64,000 bases of DNA from an uncultured Gemmatimonadaceae bacterium (GTDB lineage Bacteria > Gemmatimonadota > Gemmatimonadetes > Gemmatimonadales > Gemmatimonadaceae), in contig OY970320.1 of NCBI GenBank assembly GCA_963716745.1, forward strand, positions 1,216,001 to 1,280,000, read 5' to 3'. The notes beneath the pieces were generated by a model. The model was not told where the DNA came from. It ran no database searches and saw nothing but the letters and a program-made list of their open reading frames with translations. The position numbers were made by a program, and so were the translations under genes. Of this stretch, positions 63,409 through 64,000 are shown one piece after another (the stretch's first letter is position 1; each line of letters begins with the position of its first letter).

Positions 63409-64000
63409 ATGTCCAATCGATTCCTGTCGCGTGCGACGCTCGGCGTCGTCGCGGCCACTGCGTTCATTGCCGGATTGGTGGTCACCGCCGGCTTCAATCT
63501 CACGCCGTTCGGCTACGCGCAGCAGCGCAACGGTGCGAGCGCTCCGCTGCAGCTCGCCCAGAGCGCACCGGTGCCCGAGGGCGGCAACACGTTCGTGTCG
63601 ATCGCCGAGCATGTGACCCCGGCCGTCGTCTCGATCGTGACCGAGCGCAACGCGCCGAAGCCGTCGGCGCGCTCGCCCCGCGGTCAGGCCGTTCCGCCCG
63701 GCATGGAGGATTTCTTCCGCCAGTTCGATCCGAACCAGAGGCAGCAGCCGGAAGAGGGCAGCGGCTCGGGCTTCATCGTGACGCCGGACGGATACATCCT
63801 CACGAACAATCACGTTGTGGCGGATGCCGACAAGGTGACCGTCACACTGCTCGACAAGCGGATGTTCAAGGCGAGAGTCGTCGGGCGCGATCCCACGACC
63901 GATGTCGCGGTGATCAAGATCGATGGCTCGAACTTCCCGGTCATTCCGCTGGGCGATGACGCGAAGGCGCGCGTCGGCGAGTGGGTGCTGGCCGTGGGCA
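63409..64000 (+). CDS. HtrA/DegP (Do) serine protease, 5' part (truncated by window end)
   Basis: Manual translation MSNRFLSRATLG...PAVVSI...GSGSGFIVTPDGYILTNNHVV...DVAVIKID...RVGEWVLAVG. Confidence 0.93.
   Translation, partial: MSNRFLSRATLGVVAATAFIAGLVVTAGFNLTPFGYAQQRNGASAPLQLAQSAPVPEGGNTFVSIAEHVTPAVVSIVTERNAPKPSARSPRGQAVPPGMEDFFRQFDPNQRQQPEEGSGSGFIVTPDGYILTNNHVVADADKVTVTLLDKRMFKARVVGRDPTTDVAVIKIDGSNFPVIPLGDDAKARVGEWVLAVG

Overview
A GC-rich bacterial chromosomal window. The gene repertoire suggests Gemmatimonadota (inference, not verified). In order it holds: the moaC 3' end; two convergent lytic transglycosylases; a DMT protein and a class A serine hydrolase; a five-gene signalling locus behind a sigma54 promoter (ZU5-like lipoprotein ending in an HFS motif, stand-alone TPR protein, sigma54 activator with no sensor domain, TPR-HD-GYP, REC-GGDEF); accessory secreted proteins (coiled-coil lipoprotein, Ser/Thr kinase-TPR, PHM-like copper monooxygenase, 7xFN3 lipoprotein, Kelch lipoprotein, M16 peptidase) around tRNA-Lys; the ffh-rpsP-rimM-trmD-rplS-rnhB operon; lon, pilD, thiD and nucleoside salvage genes; an ~18 kb phosphate region (phoB/phoR-like, STAS-like, pstS, porin, pstCABB, phoU, ppx, ppk1, pit, DUF47) with recurring 11-bp-period Pho-box-like repeats; dnaK; and the start of an HtrA/DegP protease. 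Several long palindromic intergenic elements occur, two sharing terminal arms 53 kb apart. About ten frameshifts, mostly +1, interrupt otherwise intact genes and look like sequencing errors. The best candidate for an undescribed system is the 4.5-10.1 kb ZU5/HFS-TPR-sigma54-c-di-GMP locus.
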